Positions 25,600-39,117 of a stretch of DNA of 64,000 bases are shown here, one piece after another; positions within the stretch are counted from its first letter, which is position 1; the number at the start of each line of letters is the position of its first letter. A program made the position numbers and the translations under genes. The notes under the pieces are model-generated. The model did not search any database. It saw only the letters and a program-made list of their open reading frames with translations, and was not told the DNA's origin. This stretch comes from Chromera velia (lineage: Eukaryota). The DNA lies in contig JAHBMJ010000443.1 in NCBI GenBank assembly GCA_018398765.1, positions 124,001 through 188,000 of the forward strand. Direction: 5' to 3'.

Positions 25600-28500
25600 G
25601 ACAAGGGTGCACAAAGCCATGACTAAAGCCGCCTAGAGCCATACAAAATGCCCCAGCCCCCATTATATTAAACCGAACTTTCTTAAATCGACTCTGTGAT
25701 CGACAATTTTACTCATTTTATATTTGTCACTTAGAAAAGTTCTTTAAGTCATGTAACTTATCACTTGTATCACCTACTAAACTTTTAACTGAATTAAATT
25801 TCAATTATCTTCTCTGCATGTACACTTGCAAGCATTTTACTTAGTATGTATTATTATACCGCATAAAAAACCTTATTTACATTGAAGTTATGATTCAACA
25901 ATTTTAGAAACACGTCATTTAAAGGTATGATTAAAATTTAGTAGGAATTTTATTACATTGTGTTTAAAATTATACATCACATGAAGTATACATGAAGCAG
26001 CCTCACTCATATGCAAACATGCCCTGCTAGAAGTGGAAGAGTTTGAGAAAAAATGCAGTTGTTAAGCTATTTGCAAAATGTTATGAAATGAGGGTCCATC
26101 ATTTAACAATCTGCCTTGCGTGTTGTGACTTGCCGAATGCTAGACGCCTATTATGGGTCAATAACGATGGCGTATGATGATGATTATAATATGTATCTCC
26201 AGGTTATATGTATTCACTCATTTAATTGCTGAAGGACACGAATAAACCACTTATCACTTAGTATTTAATTACGTTTAATTTAATATGAAACCAATTGTCA
26301 TAACTTATAATAATTATTTTAATTCTTTTAATTCTAATGATTTTCAAGTTTGTAAAAAGAACTTTAAAAACTCGAGAAAAAACTATATTTTTTCCCCTGG
26401 GAAACTAACATGAGAACTGCTAGGAGAAGTGTAACTTTAAATTGAATTAACTTGAATCTCATAAAGATAGTGTCTGCACACAAAACTCAGGTTGTTCTAC
26501 CATGTTTGATTAATGAACAGTCATGGGATCATGAGATTGAGGGCCAGGAAATCGATTTTCTGATCAAATGGAAAGAATTAAATCTGCGCAGTATGGCAAA
26601 GAAGAATCTGACATAGAGTTTCGACTTAAAACCATGTTATGTTGACTATGACACTCACTCGAACGCTTCCTCATGCGCTGAGGTAATCCGAATGGACGCT
26701 TCAGCGGGACTGTTGAGTGCAAGAGCTTTCACATCAGTGCGGGTGAGCTTTATCGTAATCTTTACCGTAATTCTCCTCAGCACAGTCGATCGTAGGATCA
26801 TCTTCAGACGCTCGACGTGTTCAGTCCCGGCCCAAACCATGTCGCTGTACTCTTTGATTTCATCTATTCCTGTCGAAATGTCGTCTTGCCTCTGAAAGCA
26901 GGGCTCCAGCTCCGCAGTTTCATGCTGCATGAATGCATAGACAAAGAATTCATGTCTATGAGAAGGAACGAATACAGAGAGAGGCATCCATACCCCTGCT
27001 AATCTGTGTACCTCTTCACTTGAGAAGCCAAAGGTGTCCACAGCAAGCTAAAACTGCTCTCCGTCTGCCAAAAGAAGTGAGATGTCCTCAGCAACCTTCT
27101 CAAAGGCTTGTTGCTCTTCACCAGACCAAACAACGGAGCTGTCAGTGATCTTGTGACCAAAAAACATCTAGGCCCATAGGTCCTCTGCCTTGTCTGCAGA
27201 AACCGTTGATATTTTACCGAGCTGTTTCAATCTTGGGCACCAAAGACGTGCGGGAAATTTTGGCGAAAGAGACCCACCTGCATCTTTGGCCTTCTTCGAC
27301 TCCACATACTGAGCGTACAATTCTGCGAATTGGAAGGTGTCCGCTGCGTGTGCTGCAAGAAGGCATACGCAATGGGGCAGCCAGATAACAAAAGAAAACC
27401 GGTGCGAAATGAACCGGCAACGTTTTTTGTGCCTGCCCACCTTCGATGCGATTCCGAGCAAGGTCCATGAAGTAGTGCAGGCTCAGTTGATCTTTAGAGC
27501 ACTCGCTGCGGTAGTTCTGCAAGAAAACAAAAATCAACACGCTGCAGTTTTCAGAATTGTGTCTCAATTATTATGGGCAGAAAGGTACTGTACAAGGTTA
27601 CATTCACCACATTGTCAATTCCCATACCTCTAAGTCGACAAAAGGTCCAAAAATGTTGTTGAGGCTGATAAAGTCCTGCAATCAGATTAGCGGCCGCTGA
27701 TCTGAATCCAAAGGCTTTTTGAAGTACAGAGCTGCATCCCAGAGGACACGCTGCAAACGGACCGGCATCTGTGTTAGCAATTGCAAAGCCTAGGAGTCGG
27801 AGAAGGCTTGCTTTCGGGCCAGCTTATCCATTTCAAATGAAGCTTGCAAAACGGCCTTGACCGTGTTAGTGTTCATCTTCAGGATAAATCAATGGGTCCT
27901 GACAAGATGGAGGAGCACTCTTTGTGCCCTCCGAGGACCGAGTGAAGACAATGAATCGATCGATCAAGCTTGCGGAGAAACAAACACGTTTGAGATTCAC
28001 TTCATGGAAACGCAAACTAAGTCTATATAAGTCAGCGAGTAATCCTCAGAACTGCTGCTCTTTTGTTGATCCATCAGCCGGTGAATAAAGCGCAAGCACG
28101 CGTGCATATATATATACTCGTTTGGTACTCCCGCGAACGAACGGTTGGCCGGGATCGAGCGGCGAAGTATCCCAGCTGTGATGTTGCCCGTCGCATGCAT
28201 ACATGCATGCATGCATGATCGACTGTTGTTGTAACACTGCATGAGCTATAGCTATAGTGTTGCAAGCGTTAATTACAAGCTGTTGCGGACTCCTGGCGTC
28301 GCCACACACCTTGTTCCTGCTGGAGGCTTTTTTATCCATGCGTCTGACAGCCCACTAACCGTCTTTATAAATCTCTTTTTTTCTTTCTCTCTCTCTGAGA
28401 TCGATAAAAACTTATCAAGACCATTGGGGAGATCAAACGTACAGAGGCAGGCCTATATTAATTTTTTTTTGGTTAAAATCGCCAATATTAATTATTTGAA

Positions 28501-29770
28501 TGAATTTAGTGTTAGAGCAACCTGTGTTAGCGCTAGGACACAGCCAGTAGCTCCTCTGTGGCTCCCGGATGTCTGGAAGTAGAGTGAAACTAGAGAGAGT
28601 GACTGTTACTGAAAGTTGATGGACGAGACGGCTAAGTGTAAGCTAGCTGTTTGAGAAGATCTAGGCTGTTAGAGCGGCCCAGAAGTTGTATAAGCTAGCA
28701 GAAGGAAGCAGACTACAGCTAGGTGTCTGTACGGATACTTTCCGTATGTCCAATTACTATGTAAAAAGTTGATAAGGAGTCAACCAGAAGCTTAGTGAAG
28801 CACTTTGGAGTCAAGGAGTTTGAAGGTGCAGACTGAAGGTTTAATTGTGTCGGTATCGGATCCTTGAAGAGTCGCGGTAAGATTTTCAATTTTGACTTAT
28901 TGAAAGACTTTCCGAATTCAAATCTTCCAAAAGTCTTTCAAATTTGAATTTCTGTCATCTAAGCTTTTTATCTAGTCTTTTCTGTTAAATTTAATCAACT
29001 GATTTTCGTATCTGACACGTACGTAAGCGTACGAACGACCCAGTAACCGCGAAATCCATATTTCTTCGGACAGACATCATTATGATTATCATTATCACAT
29101 TTAAGTGCCCCCCAAACTTTTAGGTACTTTCTGGGGCCTTTTTTTTTTTATGACATACTTTCTGGAGTCTTTTGTGCACAGCTAGCCTGCAGTCCAGAGA
29201 GAGCAGCTCAATAATAAAAAAGGCTTACGGAAGCGACTCCTCACATAGCGCTTGCATATCCCTACATATCTCCCTCCAGATTTCGGAATTCTTTCTTTTG
29301 GCCACAAATTTAAGGCACTCATCTATAAAAGTACAGTATATCATGAGACTCTTGCATTGCTTCACTATATACACTTTGCCCTTCAAAAACATACAAATGC
29401 AGAAAAAGTTAAGTGCAGACTTATAAAAAACATTAAAAAACATCTGCACTAATTGAAACTATCATAAATAATGGAATACAAACCATTTTTTCATAGTGTT
29501 TTTTTGATGATTTTTGAATAAGTTCCATTCAAATTGATTCAATTATAGACTTTTTAATCAGTTTATTGTTTATATCAGATTACTACAAAAAATGAAAACT
29601 TAAATACTTTTACGCAGGAAGTTATCCTAGGGCGGAACATATCAATCAATCAATCAATCAATCAATGCTCGTTTTTATCACATGCAACTGTTTTTCTATG
29701 CAGTAGTAAATTTCTACTTTCTGATATTGGAGACTGTAAACTTATATAAATGATTTCTAAGAATCACAAA
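25600..29770. other. AT-rich insert-like block enclosing a decayed minus-strand coding remnant (~26655-27880) and ending near an (ATCA)n tract at 29641-29666
   Basis: Abrupt compositional shift from the flanks. Stop-interrupted ORF pieces at 26655-27041 and 27168-27567. No terminal repeats found. Confidence 0.35.
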
Positions 29771-31296
29771 TCTCGATCACATGCGTTTGCTCTTACTTGC
29801 TCTCATCGCCTTAGCGGCCTGCTGCAACTCCCGTTTCTCCGAGATGGATAAGACGGTCGTTCCAGCAGTCCTTTCTCCCTTGCACTGCCACCATTTTGCA
29901 ATCCATACGGCTTCCCTCTTCATTTGCCGATCTGTCACTCAGACAAGCTCTCAATACAATCAAATCGACCTTCTATGCACGCATCGATACTGTCTGCTTG
30001 CGCTGACCGTCTTGTCCCTCCACGCTGAGGAGAAACGAGACGCGCATGAGAGGAGGAAGGATAACTTTTCAAACTCAACTTCCTCTGTCTGCATGACCAT
30101 CTGGCACAAGCGGCTTTTCAATTAAGCCTCTGTCTCTCTATGGACGCGTGCCCCTCTTCAGCCTACAGGAGCCAACCAGAGTCAGCGACCCATCGCATGC
30201 CATTTCTCTTTTCTTCCTGCATCACTTCTGCAAGCCACCATACTGCCTTCTACTTGTTTACTGCCGCTTCCTGCTACCATGACGAAATATCGAGATTTAT
30301 TCAAGACCATGCATCCATACATGCATTCTCGCATGCATCATATGCTCGTGCCTGCACCCTTGCAGTCCGACTTACTCACTCACTCACTCCACCTTCCCTC
30401 CGTGTGCTGCCAACTAGAGCCATGCTACCGAAGCTCCTTCTCTCCTCTTCCTTATTTTTTCACCCAGCCAGTCAGGCTCTCCCCCGCCTTCCTCCTCTCT
30501 CTGCTGAACCCAAACGGGCCCGCAGCTTTCTTATTTATTTATTTCTGCAAATCCCAGTGTACCCCCTGGCCTGCCTGCACTCCCCCCCCCCGTGGGGAAT
30601 GCATCAGAACCCACTCACCCACTCACTATTCACTCACTCACTCACTCAATGTGTCTGCTTGCACATGCTGACCGTGCACAAAAATGGGCATACATTCAAT
30701 ACACACAATCTACCATGCAAGCGTCCTCCCCCTACTCAGACAGACGCACCTCGATGCCCTTCCCTTAAATGCCACCCACACCCGCCCAACCCGACCCAAA
30801 AAGGGCACAGAACCACCCGAGCGACTAGACGAAGACAAACCCTCCTTTGGTTCACCCCANNNNNNNNNNNNNNNNNNNNNNNNNNNNNNNNNNNNNNNNN
30901 AAGACAGACGAGACGGGCACAGCATCAGCTTTCCTTTCCAGCCGGCCCCTCTCGCAAGAGAGTCACTCACTGAAAGGAGACGCCGCAGCTATCCCTCCAA
31001 ACCAAAAATTTTAACTCCGCTTCTTCTTGTACAGACAGACAGAGGCACGAAGGAAGAGAAAAAGAGAATGCGGGAGGGAAAGGACTGGAGGTCAAGATTC
31101 AACCAAAGAATCCCTCTAGCTCGCCACATGACCTGCCTGCATAAAGCATTCTTTCATCAGTCCCCCCTTCTTTTCCATCTTTTCCTCTCTCTACCCCATC
31201 ACTCTATCAATCAATCACTTCCTACCAATGTCCCCACGCGACTCCGAACCGGTCACAGGCCGCCAGACTGCAGCCCTCTCAGGGGGCGGAACATCA

Positions 31297-33129
31297 TCAC
31301 CGGGGGGGATCCTCCTCGGGATGCGGGGGCGGGGGGGACCTCTGACCCCCTCCGTCTCGCTGCTGCCCCCCCCTACCCCAGGACCCCCTCTGCTCCTCCC
31401 TCCGATCCCGACCATGGTTCACTCCTCCGCTGACCGTGCCGTACTGTGGAATCTGATCAAACAGCTCTTGGTCTCTCAATCTCTGTAATTGCCTTTGCTC
31501 CTCCGACAACTGCCTCCCATTCCTCTGGGAAGACTCAGCAGACTGATAAACCCCAAACCCACGCCCTCCTACTTGGCCAAACTCTCCACCTCCCCCCCCT
31601 CCGCCCGTGCCAGCCCCACAACCATCATCCCACACACGGTCTCGAGAACCGGCAGCGCCGGAGGAGGAAAACGGCACACCCGTGCCCCCCCACTCAGCGG
31701 TAGCAGCCGCGACTCTCTCACGCGTCTCTCGCAGGGACAGCCCACCAGGCACATGACCGATGTTGGGACCCCCCACCCATCCATCCCCCCCAGAGCCACC
31801 ACTATGTCCGTCTATGGGAGTAGAGGGCCAGTTCTCACGCCAATCCCCCCCCCTCATGCCCCCGGTGGGAAGCCTGTGTGCGCCTAGTGGGGTTCGATGC
31901 TGTTTGGGTCCTTTGAGAGGTGTCCGGTTTCCCTGCTTCTCACTCCGCTCCTTTCTGTAGGAGTCGCGTGCGCCGGTACCCCAACACGCTAATTTGGCCC
32001 CTGCTATTTTTCGGGGGTTCGTTAGATCTTCATTGCTACTGCTGCTGCTGCTGCTGCTGCTATCGGTCTGCTCTTCCAGAAACTTCTTCTCCCTTTCATT
32101 CCGCATCATCTCCTCCTGCTCATTGCGCATCCTCTCCTCCTGCTCCACCTGTGTACGAGATTTGTTGCAAAAACTAGCCCGAACACCCTCACTCTTCCTC
32201 TGGTCCCGTTCCCGACGCGCAAGCTGCGCCTCTCTCTTTAGCTGTTCAGGAGACTTTGTGAGGGCCAGTGGAGACGGAGACGGAAACCCTCTGAAGGGGG
32301 GGGCACGGTCGGCATCGTCCCAATCAGAATCATCGCCCCCGTCAGGTTTGGGGACTCTTGCTCGGCGGGCCTCGGGGGTCGGAACGTAGGCGGGGGCTGC
32401 TGCTGCTGCTGCGGCGGCGGCCATTGCTTTCTTCACTTGCGTGTTCGTTTCCGTCGCAATCTCCGTCTCCGCCCCTGAACTGCGTTCGTCCTCTTGCTCA
32501 TCGAACTTATACTTCTTTTTCCTCCCCTCTCCATCCACCTCCCCGGCACCCCTCGGGGTGTCCATGGTGTCATGAGTGCTTGAATGGTTCTTGGCCATCT
32601 CCCACGGATACCAGATAACCATCCCCCGCTCCTTCTGCTTCTCGCTCTTCGTCCTGTAGTCATCGTAGGACAACGAGCTGACAGAGACGCTGCAATCGTC
32701 CTGTCTCTTTCTCACTTCGGAGTTCTTCCCCCCATATCGGCGCTCGATCGTCCTCTTCGCCTCGTCTATGGCGTTCTCAAGCATACCTCCGGGATTTGCA
32801 CCGGCGACGCGAATGTGGACGACATGGGACGTTTCGTTTGGTGCCACCACCTTTCCTGCCTTCCTGCTACGTCCAGCCTCAATCATCCATACATCCCCCT
32901 TCGTCACACGGAATGACACCACCTCCCCCCCCAGGCAAATCAGCAGAGTGTACTTCTGCGCGAGGTTGAAGAGCTCTCGGATCGATTCCTCCAACTCGCT
33001 GTCTCGGATGTCGAGGGCCATCTCCTCGAGTCGCCAGTAGTTTCGGAAGTTGTGTTTCGCCATTCCCCCCTCTTTCTCAAACTCCGCGGCCTCCTCAATG
33101 TTCTTCGGACCCGTAAGGCCGAAGAATCT

Positions 33130-33163
<34 letters not shown>

Positions 33164-35531
33164 CGGGAGGGAGGGAGGGAGGGGGAGAGCGAGCGAGCGA
33201 AAGAGAGGCAAACAGCAGACAAAAACACAGAATCACAAAATCACACGCTCACATGAAGCACCATCAGGGAACCGTTGATGTCGATGAAAGAGAAAAATGA
33301 AAAAAATGCATCGAAAAGGGAAAGATGAACCGAGGAATCACATCCCGCCAGATTCGAAATCGCCACAGAAATGGGAGTGCGCAAATTCATATTGAAGAAA
33401 GCGACCGACAGGCACCCATGGAAAACAACCATCCGTTCACAAATTCACACGAAAGATTGCTGGATAGCTGTACACCTCTCTCAATCCCTCCCTCCCATCC
33501 ATCCATCCATCCATCCATCCAAAGTTGCTTGACTGCCATCTGACCGACCTACCGATAGTTTCCTTCCTCTCTGATGTCTTCTGTTCGCGAATCGGTAGTG
33601 ATCTCCAACTTCTCCCTGATCGACAGAAGCTTGGCGAGCTCGACTGCCTGTAGGAAGGTGAAGAACACTGACTCCTCCACCTGCAACCTCTCATCAACCT
33701 CCTTCTCCTTCGAATCTTTGATCCTCCCCATGATCGCATCCTGCTGCCTGCTCTCAAGGAGACGCTCATCGTTGAGGAAGTAGCACTCCTTGTGGGCCTC
33801 TTCCAGGGCTGCCTTGATCACCTTGAAGGCACAACAGAGATCGATGAAGTCAGGCCGGAGATCTTTGATCTGGCGCAGCTTCATGTGACGACCGTCCTTG
33901 TCTCGGAACTCGTCCCGGAATTCTCTGTCGACGTTCGCCGTCACCTCGCTCTTCCGGATCTTCTTGATCACCCGCTTCGTCGCCTTCTCGGCTCCTGCAA
34001 GGGGGACAGGGAAGGAATAGAAAGAGGAGAAAGGGATACGCACGTCGCGATGGCGTTGTCCTCTCTCTCTCTCTCTCTCTCTCTCTGTGCCTGCGCGCGC
34101 GTGTATTCGTGCAGTCGTTTTGTTAGAGAAACACGACGGGGCAAAAAGCTCTTTGCAACAACAAAGAGACGAGACAGACAGGACAACCTCTCAAGCTTCT
34201 TTAGTTGACGCCAACAGAAAGCCACGCTACCGTCACCAAATTCACTCCTCAGTCTTCCCCTCTGCAATCTGTTCACTCACTGACTGACTGACTGACTTTT
34301 GAATTTCTTCTCCACCCGAATGATGGGGTGCATGATCCCGAACGAAATGACGACCACGCATATGATCTCAGCGTCTTCCCTCATCTTCTTCTGCTGCTCA
34401 GGAGGCAGCTTCTTGTCGACCTTCACACCCTTCTGGCCGACGCACGCAACCGCTGCATACTCTCTGGACGCCAACGCGGACGACAAACGTCTGCTGTACT
34501 CTTCCAACTCCTTGATCGTCCTGTCTGCAACCCATCTCTGGGGTCCCTTCTCGCCGAAACTCTCGACGTCCACGCTCCAAGACCAGTGGTTGAAGTACAA
34601 CTCTCCGAGTTTCGGGGTGGCAGGTGTCATGATTCCTGCAAGCATGGACGGACAGAGAAAGAAAGAAAAGAAAGAAAGAAAGAAAGAAGAGATCCCCAAG
34701 GAGGTTTTGATTGTTCGTTTTTGGCTATGGCGACAATCTGATGAAGCCTCCCATCAAGAGAAGAGACTGAAAACATTCTTTCTGCCTTACATGTTTCTTT
34801 TCCAGACATAAACATCGCTCTTTTCCTCCTAAAACCGTGCACTCAGAGAGCCTTCTATTTTTGCACCCAAGCGGGGCAAAAAGAAAGAAAGACGGAATCA
34901 ATTGAAGAAAGCACTCATCCGCCAGCCGACCCAAACGCCAGAAAGAAAATCCGACTGCATTGGCGTATTTGAAAGCCCAAAAAAGGAAAACCGACAGCAG
35001 AACAAGAATCACAACATCAGTAAGAAAAAAAAACTCCTTAGCCAACCAACCAAAGATTTGGAATTCACAGCCGAGTGCCTCCTTGATCACTTGATCCTCC
35101 CCTGCCATGAACTTGGTGAAGTTCTTGTTCAAAAGATCCAACTCCTCATCACGGGCATCCAGCAGAGTGTACACGTTGCCCGTCAGCTGGCCACAGTCCT
35201 GCAAGCGCGGTGAGTGACATAGCAGCAGAGTACAACCAAAGTTCAGCACAGGAAGGTCAGAAAATGGGATCAATTGATGGCGATTGCGTGACTAAAGTGA
35301 AGCCCGCGTTAGCTCCTCTACTCTCCTCTGACACACGTACGTCTTCTCTTCCTTCGGCTTACAAAAGCTCCCCGGAGGAAGACGAAAGAAAGGAGCCGTC
35401 CCTCCCTCCTCAAGGATACAAGTGGACAAAACAACCAGCAGAAGATATTGGTCTGATAACTGCTGTGTGATGAACGAACAGCCAAAAAGAAAGGCGAGTG
35501 AGAAGAGGAGGGGATGAACGAAGCCGTTCCC

Positions 35532-35562
<31 letters not shown>

Positions 35563-37320
35563 CTCTCTCTCTCTCTCTCTCTCCGATTCCCCTTTTTGAT
35601 GCAAGGTATCTCTGCAACCGATTGCCTGATTTCCTTCGCGGTTCTTCTCTCCCTTCCGCCCTGTCTTTCTCTCTCATGCAACACGAAAAAAGAGCAGGAA
35701 AAACAAACAGACCCACTCACTGACCTCCGGCTCGTAATTGGTGAGGCCCTCGAACTCGTCCCCTTCTTTTCTCCCTCCTGCTCCGAGTTTCTCCTTCTTC
35801 TGCCTATCCTTCATGAACATGAGCATCGCGTTCATCGCCCTGCACACTGCCTCCTCCTCAGAAGCTGCCCTCTCGGCGACCCTCTTGGTCCATCTGCAGA
35901 CAGACAGGCAGGCAGGAGGGGGGGGGACCAGAAGGCGAAAGCAGCGACAGAGGGAAGGCACAGAGAGAAATAAGTGGTGCGACAAAGGCACAGTGAGGCA
36001 AACGGGAAAAAGGAGAAAAGAGACAGGGAAAAAAACACAAAGAAAGCAATTAAATATCCGTTTGTCTTCTTTTCTTTCTTTCTTTCTCCATTGGAAAGAT
36101 GCAGTAAGTAAGCCAGGCTTTCTTGTCGATCGTCCTTTCCTTTCCTTTCCTTTGTTGGTGGGTGGATCGACGTTCAGTATTCCTTCCTTGTCTTTGGTCC
36201 TCTCCCTCACTGTAATCCCCCCCTCCCCCCCCNNNNNNNNNNNNNNNNNNNNNNNNNNNNNNNNNNNNNNNNCCCCCCCACATACCTACCTAGGTTCGTA
36301 CACCGCCGCCTCGACCTTCCCGTCCTTAGCGACGTTGTTGGCCACCGTCACGTAGGCTCTCGAGTTCATGTAGTCCAGTTCTTGAGCAAGGGCCATTGCC
36401 TGGACGGCGATCTCTTTGCCTGGGTACACCAGACACACACGGAAGCAAACGACTTCCTCCTCTGGCCAACAAAAGTAGCCAACGACATGATGCGTCTGTC
36501 TGATTTGGATTCCGTGGGCCTGATTTTGAGGGTCCTGTGCAAAGAGTTCTCGCGGCACTCCTGTCTCCATGAGGATCTTGTATTTCTTCGTCAGATGGAG
36601 ACTCAGACGGTGAACACCCCACTCACCCTCAAACTCCTTGTGCAACGGCACACCCTTCCGCTCTTTCAACTCATTCGCCTGCCAATTTGCGTCTCTCCTC
36701 GCATTCCGCTCCTCCACTTTCGCATCCTTTGAGTCTGCTGCAGCCTTCCAGGCCTTGTCCACAATCGACCATGGGTCTGCCGCTTCCTCTTCATCGGACA
36801 GCTCCACCACCTTCCGCTCCTTTGGAGCGCCCTCCTGGTGCCATACGCCGTCGACCTCTGCTTGTACCACCGGAGTGTTGGACCACTCACACCGGACCTG
36901 GGTCCAGCCAGTGTAGACCCGCATATCGCCTACGGAATGCGCTTGGAGAAATCTCTCAATGTACATGAGAACATCGTTCCACGACCGCTCGAAATCGGAA
37001 GCTTGACGCTCACCGGCACACCACAAAGTACCTGCAGGTAGTTTGGGCGTCTTGATGTGGGTGTACACTCGGAAGATTGAGTTGGTTCTTTTCTTCGACA
37101 CCTTTTCCTGTGTGAACTCCTCTGTGCAGAATATGATCATCTCCGCCTGGTGCTGGGCCACGTACTCCGCCACCCTGTGCTTTTTGTTGCGGTACGTCTG
37201 AACGCTCTTGTACCCGATTCGCTCGATGAGGTCCTCGAGAGTGTAGGACATCTCATAGTCGAGCTCCTGGTCCTCGGGCGGGATCGTCCGTCTGCCCCCG
37301 GCCTGCTTGACGCACGCACA

Positions 37321-37359
<39 letters not shown>

Positions 37360-39085
37360 GGAGGGAAAGGAGTGCTGGATCACCCAGAAGCGTCGCACAG
37401 TCAGAAACACAAAAGACATCAAAAGACCAAAACAACCGCGCGTTTGGGAAAAGGAGGAGCGAAAACGAAACGAACCGCAATTGACAGAGAGGAGAGAGCA
37501 TGTATATCGATAACAGACAGACAGACAGACAGACAGACTGCAGGACTTCTTTCCCCCCCAATCTCTTGATGAACACAACATACAAAAAAGAAAGAAGCAA
37601 AGACAAAAGAACAACACGGCCACTCAGACAACGTAAGCAAACAGACAGGCGGACAGACAGACAGACACGAGACAGACAGACAGACGGACGGACGGACGGA
37701 CAGACCGACCTGTTGGCTGACGTCGTCGAACAGACAGCCCGTCACATACTCAGCAGGAGGGTCACTGCTGCTGCTGCTGCTGCTGCTTGCGTTTTTGTCC
37801 TTGCCCTTCACACCGTAGGAGCCCGGGCTTCTGTCCCCCCTCTCATTCTGGTTGATCAGATTTTTGGAGACAAACCAGAGCAGGCGGACAGGAGGCAGGT
37901 ATTTCTTCTCTGGCGTCCTCAGCTCCACAGACTGCATCACCTCTTGCCACAACTTCTCGATAACCTTCGCCTCCCAAGCCCTCTCGAAAGGCGTGGAGAG
38001 ACCACGGATAGTCGGGGCCTCCTTCAGGGCCACTGCACTGCCCACGTGCCACTCCGCGTCAGGGCGGGTCTTTCTGTCCTTCCGGAACAGGTTCAGCTGT
38101 TCATCCGTGACAATCTCGAAAGACGGCACGTACGGATATTTCCTCTGATCGGTCTCGATGATCTTGTGGGTCATGTCCTTGCAGATGTCCTGGTTGTCAT
38201 ATCTTTTCGCCGGGGGAGGGGAATCTTTTTCTTTTTGTTTGACTGCGAGTGCGGCGTTGCTGGTCACCTGCAGATGGAGGAAGGGACAACCGAGAGAAAG
38301 AGAACAAGTAGACGGGTGGGTGGGGGGGTGGGTGGGTCGTGTTGGGGGTGGGAGGCAGTGGTTGGTTGTGATTGTTTGTTTGTTTGGAAGATCAAGGAAG
38401 GAGAGACACAGAAGAGAGAAAGCAGGGCGGGGAAAAACACGAGAGGGAGGGAATAAAGGGATACGAACGAACAGTGCCAGGGAGAGGGCCCGACACTGTG
38501 AATAAGAATATAACGCGCCTACACGAAGCCCCCGCTTTTCGTTGAAAGGGTAGAGGACAAAGAAAAAAGGAAACGAAACTGGGAAGCAAGCGAGAAAAAG
38601 AAAAAAAACTACATGTGATGCAAAAAAGAGATGGAGCTAGAGAAATGACTGTGCTGACTTACCGGCCAGTAGAGAGCCTGAAAGACGTCAGCCTGAAAGG
38701 GGCGGTGGTGCCACCCCCTGTCGTGGTTTCTCTTCGGGGCTTTTTTGGCGATGGCAAGGATCGTCTCAACCATCTGCAAAACATGGGACGGAATACATTT
38801 TTTTGGAGGGGGAGGGAGAGAGAGAGAACATAAAATAAGTCAAACACTGGCCGGATACAAATCAAGACGAAACATTTCTGGGAGCAATTGGGTTTGAGGA
38901 AGGCCAGAAAACATCCAGGAAACACGCACGCACGCACACGCACACACACCGGAGGGACGGGCCTGATTCAGCGACTCTAACGGGACACAGGAGAGGAACA
39001 CCTGACAGACAGACAGACTATATCGTCTCTTCTTTGACAGACAGAGAGACTGTATGGTTTCTTCTTCTCCGTCTTTTTCTTCTTT

Positions 39086-39117
<32 letters not shown>

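Noticed and set aside
29781..30125. Small ORF with a signal-peptide-like start (MRLLLLALIALAACC)
   Set aside because: No recognisable domain or supported exon chain; it may be chance or a remnant.
35051..35070. Apparent TGA created at the junction into exon 34635 (possible gene end or recoded stop)
   Set aside because: It arises only with the donor ct|gtgaat. The nearby donor tttg|gttggt gives GGA and keeps the frame open.
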